From: an uncultured virus (IMG/VR IMGVR_UViG_2820362221_000001)
Taxonomy: Duplodnaviria; Heunggongvirae; Uroviricota; Caudoviricetes
Strand: one strand, 5' to 3'
IMG/VR virus record: IMGVR_UViG_2820362221_000001
Location: 1 to 64,000 of that record
Length of the DNA stretch: 64,000 nucleotides
The translations under genes and the position numbers were made by a program. Each line of letters begins with the position of its first letter. Positions within the stretch are counted from its first letter, which is position 1. Positions 12,301 through 20,513 of the stretch are shown here, in pieces. Below the pieces are notes generated by a model, which had not been told where the DNA came from, searched no databases, and saw nothing but the letters and a program-made list of their open reading frames with translations.

Positions 12301-15300
12301 GCAGCCGCTAAAGATGCTGCTCCCTATTGTTTTTACTGTATTCGGCAATTGTACGATTGTCAACGATCTACAATTAGTGAACGCATTGTTGCCAATCGTT
12401 TCCAATCCGTCGTTAAACCCGATATATGACAAGTTCGTACAGCCAGAAAAAACATTGCTTCCCATTATTTCTAACGTACTCGGCAAGACGACGCTTGTCA
12501 GAGTTGTTTTGTTTTGGAATGCGTTGTTGTCGATTGATTGTACTATATATCCGTTGATTTCCTTCGGTATTATTATAACCGTGTCGCTCCCTGTGTACCC
12601 CGTAATCGCACAATATGTCCCATTGATGATACGGGTTGTAAATGATGAAGTCAGCGTTACCGTTCCATCAACGACCAATTCTACCACAACATCGGGAAGA
12701 ACATTTCCGTTGGAAGAAGCGACGCAATTTATTGTATCAATGTTGATTTTGTAAAGCGGGTGATGGAATCTAACTTGATAAGCGTAGCCAACCCGCGCAT
12801 TTGTACATACCCATTCACCAGAAGAGTTTGTGTAATATGTTCCGAGTATTTTTCCACTTAATGTATCATACAATGACACAGAAGCTCCACTAACCCCATT
12901 ATTATTGGTATCTACAACTTTTCCTGATACTGTGACACCTTCATAAACCAATGATTCTGTGGAAAATGGAATGCTGTTTGTATTCGCGTATGTTTCAGCA
13001 TATGTATCTGAAATACCATGTATCGTAAGCCTTGAGCAATTTAGGAACACATTGTTGCCGATAGTTGCGGCATTTCGGTCAATCCATACTTTCTCCAACC
13101 CCGTGCAATTGGCAAAGGCGTTGTTGCCGATACTGTCGAGCGTGCTGGGCAGAATCACCGTTTGGATGTTTGTACTTCCACTAAATGTGTACATTGGTAT
13201 AGCTGTCACGCCCTCTGGCACGACAATATTTGTCAATTTCGTACAACCGTAGAACAATCGCGACGCATAACCGATTGAGCTGCTAACATATGTGTTGGCT
13301 ACGCTCGTTAAGCTACGAGGGTAATTGATGCTCGTCAGGTTTGAACAGCCGTCGAACACGTAATATCCCATCGTCGTCACGCTGTCTGGCAACATCAGAC
13401 TCACCAACCCCGTACAACCGCTGAATGCGTAGTTACCCATCGTCGTCAATATATTCGGCAGGCTTACTGTCGTCAGTCCCGTACACCCACTGAATGCGCT
13501 ATCGCTTAGTGCCATTAGCGTATTCGGCAAACTCACCTTAGTCATGCCCGTACAGCCGCTGAACGCGCTGTTTCCCACCGATGTTAATCCCTCGTTCAAG
13601 GTCACTTCGCGCAGGCTCGTACAGCCGTTGAATGCACTATTACCTATCGTTTTCAAATTGTCCACGAAATTTATATTACCCAATCCCGTGCAATTGGCGA
13701 AGGCGTTGTTGCCTATACTTTCGAGAGTGTTTGGCAAAACCACCGTTTGCAGGCTTGTACTGCCACTGAATGCGTATGCTGGTATCGCCGTCACTCCCTC
13801 TGGTACGACGATACTTGTCAATTTCGGACAGCCGTAGAATAACCGCGACACGTAGCCGATCGAACTACTCACGTATGTGTTAGTGACGCTCGTCAGACTG
13901 CGAGGATAATTAATGCTCGTCAGGTTTGAACAGCCGTCGAACACGTAATATCCCATCGTCGTCACGCTGTCAGGTAACGTCAGACTCACCAATTCCATGC
14001 AACCACTGAATGCGTAATTGCCTATAGTTGTTATCATACTCGGCAGGCTTACTGTCGTCAATCTTATGCAGCCACTGAATGTATTGTCGCTTATTGTCAT
14101 CAGCGTATTCGGCAAATTCATCATCGTCATTCCAGTACAGCCATTGAAAGCACTATTACCCAACGATGTAAGTCCCTCGTTCAAAGTCACTTCACGCAAA
14201 CTGGTACAGCCGTTGAATGCACTGTTGCCTATCGTCCTCAGACTGTCCACGAAATTCACGTTACTCAGCCCCGTGCAATTGGCGAAGGCGTTGTTGCCGA
14301 TACTGTCGAGCGTGCTGGGCAGAATCACCGCCTGAAGGTTTGCGCTACCACTGAACGTGTAAGCCGGTATCGCCGTCACTCCCTCTGGTACGATGATACT
14401 TGTCAATTTCGGACAGCCGTAGAATAACCGAGATACATAGCCGATTGAACTGCTCACATATGTATTGGCTACACTCGTCAGGTTACGAGGGTAATTGACA
14501 TTCGTCAGGTTCGAGCAGCCATCGAACACATAATATCCCATTGTTGTCACGCTATCGGGTAGTGTCAGGCTTACCAGTTCTGTACACCCGCTGAATGCGT
14601 AACTATCTATTGTTGTAAGTGTATTCGGCAGGCTTACCGTTGTTAACCCTGTGCAGCCGCTAAATATATTGCTTCCTATTGTTTTTACTGTATTCGATAA
14701 TTGTACCATCGTCAACGACCTACAATTAGTGAACGCATTGTTGCCAATCGTTTCAAGTCCGTCGTTGAATCCGATATATGACAAGTTTGTACAACCGGAA
14801 AATACATTGCTTCCTATTGTTTCTAATGTATTTGGTAAGACTACGCTTGTCAGGGTTGTTTTATTTTGGAATGCGTTGTTGTCGATTGTCTGCACTATAT
14901 AACCGTTGATCGCGTTTGGTATCACAATCACTATGTCGCTCCCCGTGTAACCAGTTATAGCACAGTATGTCCCATTAATGATACGGGTTGTGAATGATGA
15001 TGGCGATGTTACCGCTCCTCCAGCGATTAGTTCTGCTAAAATATCCGGCAATATATTACCATCAGAAGAGGCGACGCAACTTATTGTATCAATGTTAATT
15101 TTGTAAAGCGGGTGATGGAATCTAACTTGATAAGCGTAGCCAACCCGCGCATTCAGGCAAGCCCAAGTACCAGTAGAATCGGTATAATATGTACCGAGTA
15201 TCTTTCCATTCAATATATCGTAAAGAGATACTGATACGCCGCTGATTTCGTTGTTATTAGTGTCTATCACTTTCCCTGATATTGTGACACCCTCATATAC

Positions 15301-17442
15301 TAACGGCTCTGTGGAAAACGGAATACTATTTATATTTGCATATGTTTCAACGTATGTATCTGAAATACCATGTATCGTAAGCTGTGAACAATTTAGGAAC
15401 ACATTGTTGCCGATAGTTGCGGCATTTCGGTCAATCCATACTTTTTCCAACCCCGTGCAGTTGGCAAAAGCGTTATTGCCGATGGTAACGAGGGTACTCG
15501 GTAGAATCACCGTTTGCAGATTTGTACTTCCACTGAACGTGTACGCTGGTATCGCCGTCACGTCTTCTGATACCGTGATACTCGTCAGCTTCGTACAGCC
15601 GTAAAACAGCCGCGACGCATAACCGACTGAGCTGCTCACGTATGTATTGGCTACATTCGTCAGGCTACGGGGATAGTTGATGCTCGTAAGGTTCGAGCAG
15701 CCGTCAAACACGTAATATCCCATCGTCGTCACGCTGTCAGGTAACGTCAGGCTTACCACCCCCGTACAACCGCTAAACGCATAATTGCCTATTGTCAGCA
15801 GGACGTTTGGCAAACTCACTATCGTCAGTCCTGTGCATCCGCTGAATGTGTTGTCGCTTATCGTTGTCAGCGTATTTGGTAGGCTCACCTTAGTCATGCC
15901 AGTGCAGCCATTGAATGCACCGTTACCGACCGATGCAAGCCCTTCGTTCAAAGTCACTTCACGCAGGCTCGTACAACCATTGAACACATTACTTCCTATC
16001 GTCCTCAGACTGTCCACGAAATTCACGTTACTCAACCCCGTGCAATTGGCGAAAGCGTTGTTGCCGATGGTAGAAATGGTACTGGAGAGAACCACCGTTT
16101 GCAAGTTTGTACTACCACTGAATGTGTACGCCGGTATCGTTGTCACTTCTTCTGGCACGACTATGTTTGTTAGTTTCGTACAACCGTAGAACAATCGCGA
16201 CACGTAGCCGATCGAACTACTCACGTATGTGTTGGCGACGCTCGTTAGGCTACGAGGATAATTAATGCTCGTAAGGTTCGAGCAACCGTCGAACACGTAA
16301 TATCCCATCGTCGTCACGCTGTCAGGTAACGTCAGGCTCACCAGACTCGTACAACCACTGAATGCGTAGTTGCCCACCGTAGTCAACATACTCGGCAGGC
16401 TCACTGTTGTCAACCCTGTGCAACCATTAAATGTGCTGTCGCTTACTGTCATCAGTGTACTCGGTAGGCTCACCTTAGTCATGCCAGTACAGCCATTGAA
16501 CGCGCTGTTACCGACCGATGTAAGCCCTTCGTTTAAGGTCACCTCACGCAAACTGGTACAGCCGTTGAATGCACTGTTGCCTATCGTCCTCAGACTGTCC
16601 ACGAAATTCACGTTACTCAGCCCCGTGCAATTAGCGAAAGCGTTGTTGCCGATGGAATTGAGGGTGCTGGGTAGAACTATTATTTGCAAGTTCGTACTAC
16701 CGCTGAATGTGTACGCCGGTATCGCCGTCACATCTTCTGGCACGACGATGTTCGTCAGATTCGTGCAGCCGTAAAACAGCCGCGACACATATCCAATCGA
16801 ACTACTTACATATGTATTGGCAACGCTCGCCAAGTTGCGAGGGTAATTAATACTCGTCAGGTTTGAGCAACTATCGAACACGTAATATCCCATCATTGTC
16901 ACGCTGTCAGGCAATGTCAAACTCACCAATCCTGTACAACCACTGAATGCGTAACTCTCTATCGTTGTAAGTGTGGTTGAAAAAACCATATTTTCTAAAT
17001 TCGTGCAACCGGAAAATGCATTGCTTCCTATCGTTTTTATTGTGTTCGACATTTGTACCGTTTCCAACGCCCTACAATCAGCGAACGCATTGCTGCCGAT
17101 GCTCACCAATCCGTCGTTGAACCCTATGTATGACAGATTCGAACAACCAGAAAACACGTTGCTACCCATCGTTTCAAGCGTATTCGGCAAAACCACGCTT
17201 GTCAGAGTGGTTTTGCTTTGGAAAGCTCCATTGTCAATTGTCTGCACTATGTACCCATTGACTTCGCTTGGAATCACGATGGCTGTGTCGCTCCCAGTAT
17301 AACCTGTCACTGCACAGTATGTTCCGTTTAATATACGGATTGTAAAATCGGAAGTATCTGCAGCCATTACTATTAATCCAACTGGTAAATAAGTAATTAA
17401 CATCGCCAAAATCAACAATAAACTTAACAATTTCTTTTTCAT
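3328..17442 (-). CDS. Giant (4704 aa) secreted BspA/LRR_5 leucine-rich-repeat protein with Ig-like domains and C-terminal SLH domains
   Basis: Signal peptide MKKKLLSLLL; dozens of 'LPxTLxxIGxxAFxGCxxL' repeats; carboxypeptidase-regulatory-like beta domains; CxxC/His repeats; X2-like and four Big_3-like domains; InlB-B-like repeats; three SLH motifs (e.g. TRAEIAMIM). Confidence 0.92.
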   Translation of the reverse strand: MKKKLLSLLLILAMLITYLPVGLIVMAADTSDFTIRILNGTYCAVTGYTGSDTAIVIPSEVNGYIVQTIDNGAFQSKTTLTSVVLPNTLETMGSNVFSGCSNLSYIGFNDGLVSIGSNAFADCRALETVQMSNTIKTIGSNAFSGCTNLENMVFSTTLTTIESYAFSGCTGLVSLTLPDSVTMMGYYVFDSCSNLTSINYPRNLASVANTYVSSSIGYVSRLFYGCTNLTNIVVPEDVTAIPAYTFSGSTNLQIIVLPSTLNSIGNNAFANCTGLSNVNFVDSLRTIGNSAFNGCTSLREVTLNEGLTSVGNSAFNGCTGMTKVSLPSTLMTVSDSTFNGCTGLTTVSLPSMLTTVGNYAFSGCTSLVSLTLPDSVTTMGYYVFDGCSNLTSINYPRSLTSVANTYVSSSIGYVSRLFYGCTKLTNIVVPEEVTTIPAYTFSGSTNLQTVVLSSTISTIGNNAFANCTGLSNVNFVDSLRTIGSNVFNGCTSLREVTLNEGLASVGNGAFNGCTGMTKVSLPNTLTTISDNTFSGCTGLTIVSLPNVLLTIGNYAFSGCTGVVSLTLPDSVTTMGYYVFDGCSNLTSINYPRSLTNVANTYVSSSVGYASRLFYGCTKLTSITVSEDVTAIPAYTFSGSTNLQTVILPSTLVTIGNNAFANCTGLEKVWIDRNAATIGNNVFLNCSQLTIHGISDTYVETYANINSIPFSTEPLVYEGVTISGKVIDTNNNEISGVSVSLYDILNGKILGTYYTDSTGTWACLNARVGYAYQVRFHHPLYKINIDTISCVASSDGNILPDILAELIAGGAVTSPSSFTTRIINGTYCAITGYTGSDIVIVIPNAINGYIVQTIDNNAFQNKTTLTSVVLPNTLETIGSNVFSGCTNLSYIGFNDGLETIGNNAFTNCRSLTMVQLSNTVKTIGSNIFSGCTGLTTVSLPNTLTTIDSYAFSGCTELVSLTLPDSVTTMGYYVFDGCSNLTNVNYPRNLTSVANTYVSSSIGYVSRLFYGCPKLTSIIVPEGVTAIPAYTFSGSANLQAVILPSTLDSIGNNAFANCTGLSNVNFVDSLRTIGNSAFNGCTSLREVTLNEGLTSLGNSAFNGCTGMTMMNLPNTLMTISDNTFSGCIRLTTVSLPSMITTIGNYAFSGCMELVSLTLPDSVTTMGYYVFDGCSNLTSINYPRSLTSVTNTYVSSSIGYVSRLFYGCPKLTSIVVPEGVTAIPAYAFSGSTSLQTVVLPNTLESIGNNAFANCTGLGNINFVDNLKTIGNSAFNGCTSLREVTLNEGLTSVGNSAFSGCTGMTKVSLPNTLMALSDSAFSGCTGLTTVSLPNILTTMGNYAFSGCTGLVSLMLPDSVTTMGYYVFDGCSNLTSINYPRSLTSVANTYVSSSIGYASRLFYGCTKLTNIVVPEGVTAIPMYTFSGSTNIQTVILPSTLDSIGNNAFANCTGLEKVWIDRNAATIGNNVFLNCSRLTIHGISDTYAETYANTNSIPFSTESLVYEGVTVSGKVVDTNNNGVSGASVSLYDTLSGKILGTYYTNSSGEWVCTNARVGYAYQVRFHHPLYKINIDTINCVASSNGNVLPDVVVELVVDGTVTLTSSFTTRIINGTYCAITGYTGSDTVIIIPKEINGYIVQSIDNNAFQNKTTLTSVVLPSTLEIMGSNVFSGCTNLSYIGFNDGLETIGNNAFTNCRSLTIVQLPNTVKTIGSSIFSGCTGLTTVSLPNTLTTIESYAFSGCTGLVSLTLPDSVTTMGYYVFDGCSNLTSINYPRSLTSVANTYVSSSIGYVSRLFYGCTKLTSITIPEGVTTTPAYTFSGSTNLQTIVLPSTLATIGNNAFNGCTSLRELFLNEGLTSVGNNVFNGCTEMTTVSLPSTLTTLNDSMFNGCISLREVIMNEGLTTIGNYAFSGCTGVVSLTLPDSVTTMGYYVFDGCSNLTSINYPRSLTSVANTYVSSSIGYVSRLFYGCTNLTSITVPEDVTAIPAYTFSGNTSLQTVVLPNTLESIGNNAFANCTGLSNINFVNSLRTIGNSTFNGCTSLSEVTLNEGLTIVGNSAFSGCTGMTTVSLPNTLTTINDSTFNGCIRLAAVNLPNALSTVNNYAFSGCTGLVSLTLPDSVTTMGYYVFDGCSNLTSINYPRSLTNVANTYVSSSIGYVSRLFYGCTKLTSITVPEGVTAIPAYTFSGSTNLQTVVLPSTLAIIGNNAFANCTGLMEINLVEGLKTISQSTFMGCSSLSVLEFPESMESIGNSAYSGCSGLRLIIFNEGLKTIGSNAFDGCAGLTSIVLNDGLTTLSSYSFASCINLTSILIPNSVTSIAANSFNNCPKLKIYCYSGSAAHYAAENNGYPYFLLDAHDHEFFTTIETSPTCTRGGSAINTCSICGYNYIEVLEPLGHTPGDWIIVKEATCIEDGLKKNYCIIDNVELESEIIPATGHTFGEWSTEKEATVLANGLKSRECEICGEKETENLPQIFIDISQTNEYGLANFTVVNATTLEPISGASIFISTPNDGECTLSTDSNGKISQVLPVGNLTISAYANGYLVRELKITIKPGIQEIPRIGLSEKPMVEGKLTVREMTYDEIIAAGIDPNAPGNQHVYRYQVEITFRAEIDVLSIIAFFNGTGDFLGGVGPDGGGGRGSDGVLWYNGGYSPGGTGGGGFGWRLSDGTDVTIFPVSERFYLIIYGEVRWLKEMFDAELLVINNSLTDTIEDCVAELTLPDGLSLADMVYGAQSAVQTIDYIEEGGSKSVHWYIRGDKEGTYSVTASLQGTMMPFDERFSYEYVAQDPIKVYAGSAMHMTFYIPDSAFEGEDYTIRIELENVSHKSLYGVSHTIYALQGQVTHYSDGTVVTEEHVISGTSASAKEFKPGDKIIIEMTTNIMFHSEMIQHELNKLIGMVDNIETLMTSLKMLNAAANALNSLGGWIDSLSSIVDSGGLSWELIEGIWGLRDILDYMEFGKGEETKFNIYDSIRFAIANIPIRFVVTNVAVTTLSGSTTEIPYTIKLIPVGARYFGVDNIGQYIYDLVIASFGEISGDVLGVPFAKDITGYQDAVKRIKVVEDNIARLNVKGTGESTSRAWIEPAATRDSRMSSFASTSSTDFILSTNNETATYIDGVLEFKGSGIIEITPLNSVGGILYIENSEGYIHTYIIDVVEPHVCHSDNWTVIVPPTENTVGYKAILCDVCGDLLKLEEMIPCGNHIFGEWVTEFQPTNNTVGIKTRTCENCGLFEYEIIDSITNLPTGEIVIGTNYWNTFWNTFWNTVTFGLIYKDTKSVSLTADSDSTDEITIQYYLSDSELTLDDLNEFTTEWINYKNSFNINPNSKIIIYVKITDEFGNVTYINSTGIVLYTDSEAVTTEINFVKGFGLDKIAEVLLNGNTIQKIMNGEVTLEDGTDYIVSDGTIKFNAEYLESLETGEYTLTVYYNPLGVDYVDADENDIPATTEITLKVLPEPIILDNIIIFSLPDKMEYIVGDNFDLAGIIITAVYSDGSEKEITDFNTSIDDGDILDTIGIKTITVSYTEDDIIKTVDFTITVNPSPIISEGINITTLPEKMEYIVGEPLELTGIVVIIAYSDGSSEEVADYTTDPVNGTILDIIGTQTIIVSYTENDVTETTSFTVVVNALPIVLESISVTTLPDKTVYTVDEELDLSGMIVTAVYSDENTKIITDFSTEPTNGTILDIVDIIVVTVSYIENEIMKTDSFTITVNAIPVILESISVTTPPIKTVYTVGEALDLTGMVVTASYSDSSYNEVTDFTSNPINGAVLNIIGTQTIIISYTEDNITETDNFNVVVNAEPDVTPPTGEISIETNYWNSFWNTVTFGLICKNTQTVTITASDKNGNPATIQYYLSDEELTLAQIQALDAEWMDYSSPFDINPKNKYIIYVKLSDSSDNVAYINSEGIVLYEDSVLITTKINYIKGSEDNISATINLNGNTIANIKNGEYSLIELTDYVVSENEIIFSASYLDTLVAGTYTLTVSYNPLGIAYPETPSDGSNAPAISSITLTVNTVPDIQKYEFNVSAGIGGNISGTPSGTYEENTEMNVTATANIGYHFKDWTVSGVAISDIIASSVSFNMPAGSVTMTANFELDSAIVTNVIVSPQDIEVQQGGTHQFGATVEGENNPEQTVIWSVSDNESDETTISDIGLLTVGLDETANTLIVTATSTIDTNKFGMATVIITSDIPTPFYGISLDVSAYTFIDNTAKTVTITNTGNQPTGELIITLNGEDSNAFIISKTSIDDIAIGEFDTFDMVPKTELTEGTYTVTVTLSGDNGISASFDVNFTVNPVIPTIFTLTINSSDGGTVSGMPSGSYAEGTPVSITATENNGYTFAGWTAIGITLSENTARSIEFTMPDNNVMLTANFTKINYIITANPATGTYTNTQSVTLSVNAANVGIYYTVNGTEPTINNILYTGAIAVNQSVTIKAVAVIDGEIVSDVATFVYTINTSSGSGDSYVPPYTPPTDGDTTGETGSGIDSDNTSDDDDSGDLEEISDKDTPLSNAKFGDEPSAEGYVNPYTDVKEDDWFAEAARIMNQLGIMIGSGNTNTFKPHDVTNRYMLATILYRLNGEPEVSEDAIIPFSDVIAGEWYSDAIIWAYETGLMNGFPDGTFKGSELLTREQIVTVFYRYAEIMGFDVSARADLSKYEDAGKISDWALEAMQWAVAVGLIVGRTETTTVPQGEATRAEIAMIMKRFLFEIFGDDEDNDV
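10400..17350 (-). repeat. Intragenic repeats: three 2352-bp modules, mostly with 585-bp subrepeats
   Basis: Equivalent N-cap sequence at 17332, 14980 and 12628; 'taatatcccat' at 16883, 16298 and 15713. Confidence 0.9.
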
Positions 17443-17656
17443 ACTTACAATATTTAACCTTTCAATAAAATAGTTTACATTTTTATAATATTTTAAACAT
17501 TATAATTATACATTATATTTTGAAGAAATGCAATACTTTTTTCAAAAAAAATTACCCTAATTGTTAAATTCAATATACCCTGTTAGTTCATATATATTTA
17601 CCCTATAAATTAATTTAACAAAATAGTTTTTAGATTTAAAATATAATCAAAGGGGT

Positions 17657-17983
17657 GTGATTATGGATTTAGATTTTAAAATTATAGGGCAACGGATACG
17701 CAGTCAACGTGAATTTTTAGGGTACACGCGGGAACAGTTTTCTGAGTTGATAGATAAAACTCCCAAATTTTGTTCTGATATTGAGTTGGGTGTTAAAGGT
17801 ATGTCATTGCAAACATTAAATTTGATATGCGATAAATTAAAATTATCGGCTGATTACATATTATATGGAGTTACATCGGATAAAGAAAATAATCCAATCT
17901 ACAAAATGTTATCAGCATGCCCTGAACACAAAAGAAAATATGCCGAGCAGATATTAAAAAATTTTTTACAGGCATTAGATTAA
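17657..17983 (+). CDS. XRE-family HTH transcriptional regulator
   Basis: 'IGQRIRSQREFLGYTREQFSE...CSDIELG...SLQTL..IC..L..SADYILYG'. Confidence 0.9.
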   Translation: MIMDLDFKIIGQRIRSQREFLGYTREQFSELIDKTPKFCSDIELGVKGMSLQTLNLICDKLKLSADYILYGVTSDKENNPIYKMLSACPEHKRKYAEQILKNFLQALD

Positions 17984-18103
17984 ATTTACAAATATATTGT
18001 TGAAAACTCTGTAAAAGAACCCACAAAAATGTTGAAAAAATAACGTCCATATGATATAATAAACCGGAACAAAAATATTTTTGAACAACGGAGTGTATTT
18101 TAG

Positions 18104-19939
18104 ATGGCGTTAAAAGGAAAAAATGAACTGGAACGGTTTACGGATAAATGCGGATATAATAATATTTGGGCAGCACTCAAAGAGTGGATTAAAGATTCCT
18201 CGGACAAACTTGAAATTGACGGCAACGATATCATTCTTGATGATATAGATATAAAATTTACCCGTAATCTACAAGTCGACGGCTGCTGCTTTACATATGA
18301 CGCAGTGATTGAGGCAGATATAGCCTATACGGATTTATATCGCGAACTTCAGAGTAAATCACAATGGTTTATGATGCGTTGCGCCGCCGAAGTAGACGAT
18401 ACATTAAAATTATTTGAAGTCTCAAATGTTAAGATTTACGAGAAAATTCCAACACTTAAAAGTAATGTCACAGATAATTTTGTCCCCGTAATTTCTAAAG
18501 CACAAATGGACGACGAAGCCCGCGCATTTCTCCGCAAGTATTGCCCGAAAGCACTATTGGAGCCAACAAAAGTGCCGATTCGTGAGATTGCCGCCGAAAT
18601 GGGGCTGGAACTCAAATTCGGATATATTTTGAGCGAGGATTTCAGCTATTTCGGACAAATCTCATTCTCTGACACGAAAACCCGCGTATATGATCTGGAA
18701 TCCGGCAAATCCCGTGAATTGGATGTGACTCGCGGAACGGTTCTCATTGACCCGGAAGTTTTTTGGGAACGCTCTTTGGGATGCGAAGATTTTACAATTA
18801 CCCACGAAGTAGTGCATTGGGAAAAACACAGGCTTTTCGCCGATATAAAGAGGCTTCTTCACCGTAATTATTACAATGCGCACCGATGCCCAAAACCTAC
18901 CTATATTCATTGGAACAGCGACAGCACATGGTCGGATGAAGAATGGCTGGAGTGGCATGCAAACGGTATCGGCGCGCGGATTCTCATGCCGAAAGAAACA
19001 GTTGCGGCGAAAATTAAAGAATTAAAAGAAAATTTTTCTTATGAACTTTTGATAGATAAAACCGAATTTTTCGTTGTGTTGATTGATGAACTCGCTACAT
19101 TTTATGGCACATCCCGACTGACGGCAAAATACCGGTTGAAAGAGTTAGGATATAAAGCCGTGGAAAATATCCAACTCCACGAATATGATTATCAAGCGTA
19201 CACACATGAGATAGACGAATATAAAGCATTTTACGAAATATGCGAAAGCCCCGAATTACATATGCTGGTCAGTATGGGTATGTTTGCATATGCAGACAGG
19301 CATTTTGTAATTAACCATGAAAAATGTGTCTCAGTTGATGAAGACGGAATCCCTCACTTAACAGACTTCGCATGGGCGAATCTTGAAAAATGCACCATTA
19401 AGTTTTCCAATGTACGTATAAATATTAAGGAAAGCAACCGACTGTTCAGCGATATATTATATCGCGGCAAAACATATGAGACCTTTCAGAAATATAACAG
19501 CAATGACAACGAGGCGGCATTTGAATTCGCGCGGGAACTTGCGGCAGATTATCAGGTAAAAGCGCCGGAGCGGGAGAAATTGAATATCACTTTTTCTCAG
19601 CGCGTGAGACAAATCATTGAGGCGAAAAATATAAATGAGATGCGTTTTCAAGAGCGTACAAAACTGTCAAAAGCCACATTTTATAGGCTTCAAAGCGAGA
19701 AAGACAAACAATCATTCGACACAATCCTTGCTTTTTGCGCGGGATTGGATTTGGATATTTTTCTAACACAAGAGTTGCTCGGAAAAGCGGGGTTATCTTT
19801 CAACGGAGGAATGGCGCATAACGCATACATGCTGGCAATAACACAATTTCCCGGTAAGTCCATAGATGTGCGGAATGAATTCCTTTCCAACCTTGATATT
19901 AAAGGCGTTAAACCTTTGGGAGAAGATTTATCTAAATAA
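18104..19939 (+). CDS. ImmA/IrrE-family metallopeptidase with C-terminal XRE-like HTH
   Basis: HExxH 'THEVVHWEKH', 'EWHANGIGARILMP', C-terminal 'TKLSKATFYRL...FDTILAFCAGL'. Confidence 0.85.
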   Translation: MALKGKNELERFTDKCGYNNIWAALKEWIKDSSDKLEIDGNDIILDDIDIKFTRNLQVDGCCFTYDAVIEADIAYTDLYRELQSKSQWFMMRCAAEVDDTLKLFEVSNVKIYEKIPTLKSNVTDNFVPVISKAQMDDEARAFLRKYCPKALLEPTKVPIREIAAEMGLELKFGYILSEDFSYFGQISFSDTKTRVYDLESGKSRELDVTRGTVLIDPEVFWERSLGCEDFTITHEVVHWEKHRLFADIKRLLHRNYYNAHRCPKPTYIHWNSDSTWSDEEWLEWHANGIGARILMPKETVAAKIKELKENFSYELLIDKTEFFVVLIDELATFYGTSRLTAKYRLKELGYKAVENIQLHEYDYQAYTHEIDEYKAFYEICESPELHMLVSMGMFAYADRHFVINHEKCVSVDEDGIPHLTDFAWANLEKCTIKFSNVRINIKESNRLFSDILYRGKTYETFQKYNSNDNEAAFEFARELAADYQVKAPEREKLNITFSQRVRQIIEAKNINEMRFQERTKLSKATFYRLQSEKDKQSFDTILAFCAGLDLDIFLTQELLGKAGLSFNGGMAHNAYMLAITQFPGKSIDVRNEFLSNLDIKGVKPLGEDLSK

Positions 19940-19954
19940 GATACTTAATCATAT

Positions 19955-19994
19955 ATAAGAGTACCAAAAAAATACGGTACTCTTATTTTTTTTT
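19955..19994 (+). terminator. Terminator after ImmA gene
   Basis: ataagagtacc...ggtactcttat followed by T run. Confidence 0.75.
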
Positions 19995-20011
19995 GCATAA
20001 TTTTAAAATTT

Positions 20012-20089
20012 AGTCTCACACCGTGAGACTAAAAATTATCACCAAACCCGCGCAATTACACGATTATGTTTTATCTCAATTCCTGAGAC
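20012..20089. promoter_or_regulatory. Two related palindromic operators (TCTCA-N5-TGAGA)
   Basis: agtctcacaccgtgagact (20012-20030) and tctcaattcctgaga (20074-20088). Confidence 0.6.
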
Positions 20090-20186
20090 AACGTATAAAC
20101 CCGCATTATCGCGGTTTTTTTGTATTTCACGGAAAGAGACGATTTAACGGACAGTAATCAGTATACTTAGAGTTAAAGAAAATACA

Positions 20187-20366
20187 ATGAGGAAAAAGGT
20201 GAAAAAAATTAGGAAAATTGAAAATCTTGACCATAAACGCGTCTGCGATATCAGTACCGACTCTAAAATAATCGAAATACGGAAAAAAGACTGTATAACA
20301 AGGATTAAAGCAAACTCTGACGGAACATTGAAAATTACCCATGAACGCATTAACCCGGCAACATAA
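20187..20366 (+). CDS. Small basic hypothetical protein (59 aa, not in ORF track)
   Basis: Open frame MRKKVKKIRKIENLDHKRVCDISTDSKIIEIRKKDCITRIKANSDGTLKITHERINPAT; RBS gagg before alternative GTG 20199. Confidence 0.6.
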   Translation: MRKKVKKIRKIENLDHKRVCDISTDSKIIEIRKKDCITRIKANSDGTLKITHERINPAT

Positions 20367-20376
20367 CCATCATACA

Positions 20377-20465
20377 GAAATCCGCCAGAACGCGAGACGG
20401 CAGAGCGGAACTCCCGGTATAAGGGAGTTTCACCTGCCGTCTTTTTTTGTTTTTGCGGATTTTTT
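20377..20465 (+). promoter_or_regulatory. Nested-stem structured leader/terminator upstream of sigma-like gene
   Basis: aaatccgc/gcggattt enclosing agacggcag/ctgccgtct enclosing gaactccc/gggagttt, with T run. Confidence 0.55.
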
Positions 20466-20513
20466 TGCGGCTTCGGCGGATTTCAAAAATTTGAAATTCA
20501 AAGGAGTCAAACA

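Noticed and set aside
3295..17302. Many plus-strand ORFs inside the giant gene
   Set aside because: Antisense shadows of the repetitive LRR/Ig coding strand; no RBS or independent motifs.
10400..17350. Regularly spaced repeats as a CRISPR array
   Set aside because: Repeats are degenerate at third codon positions and lie in one ORF; no cas genes or unique spacers.
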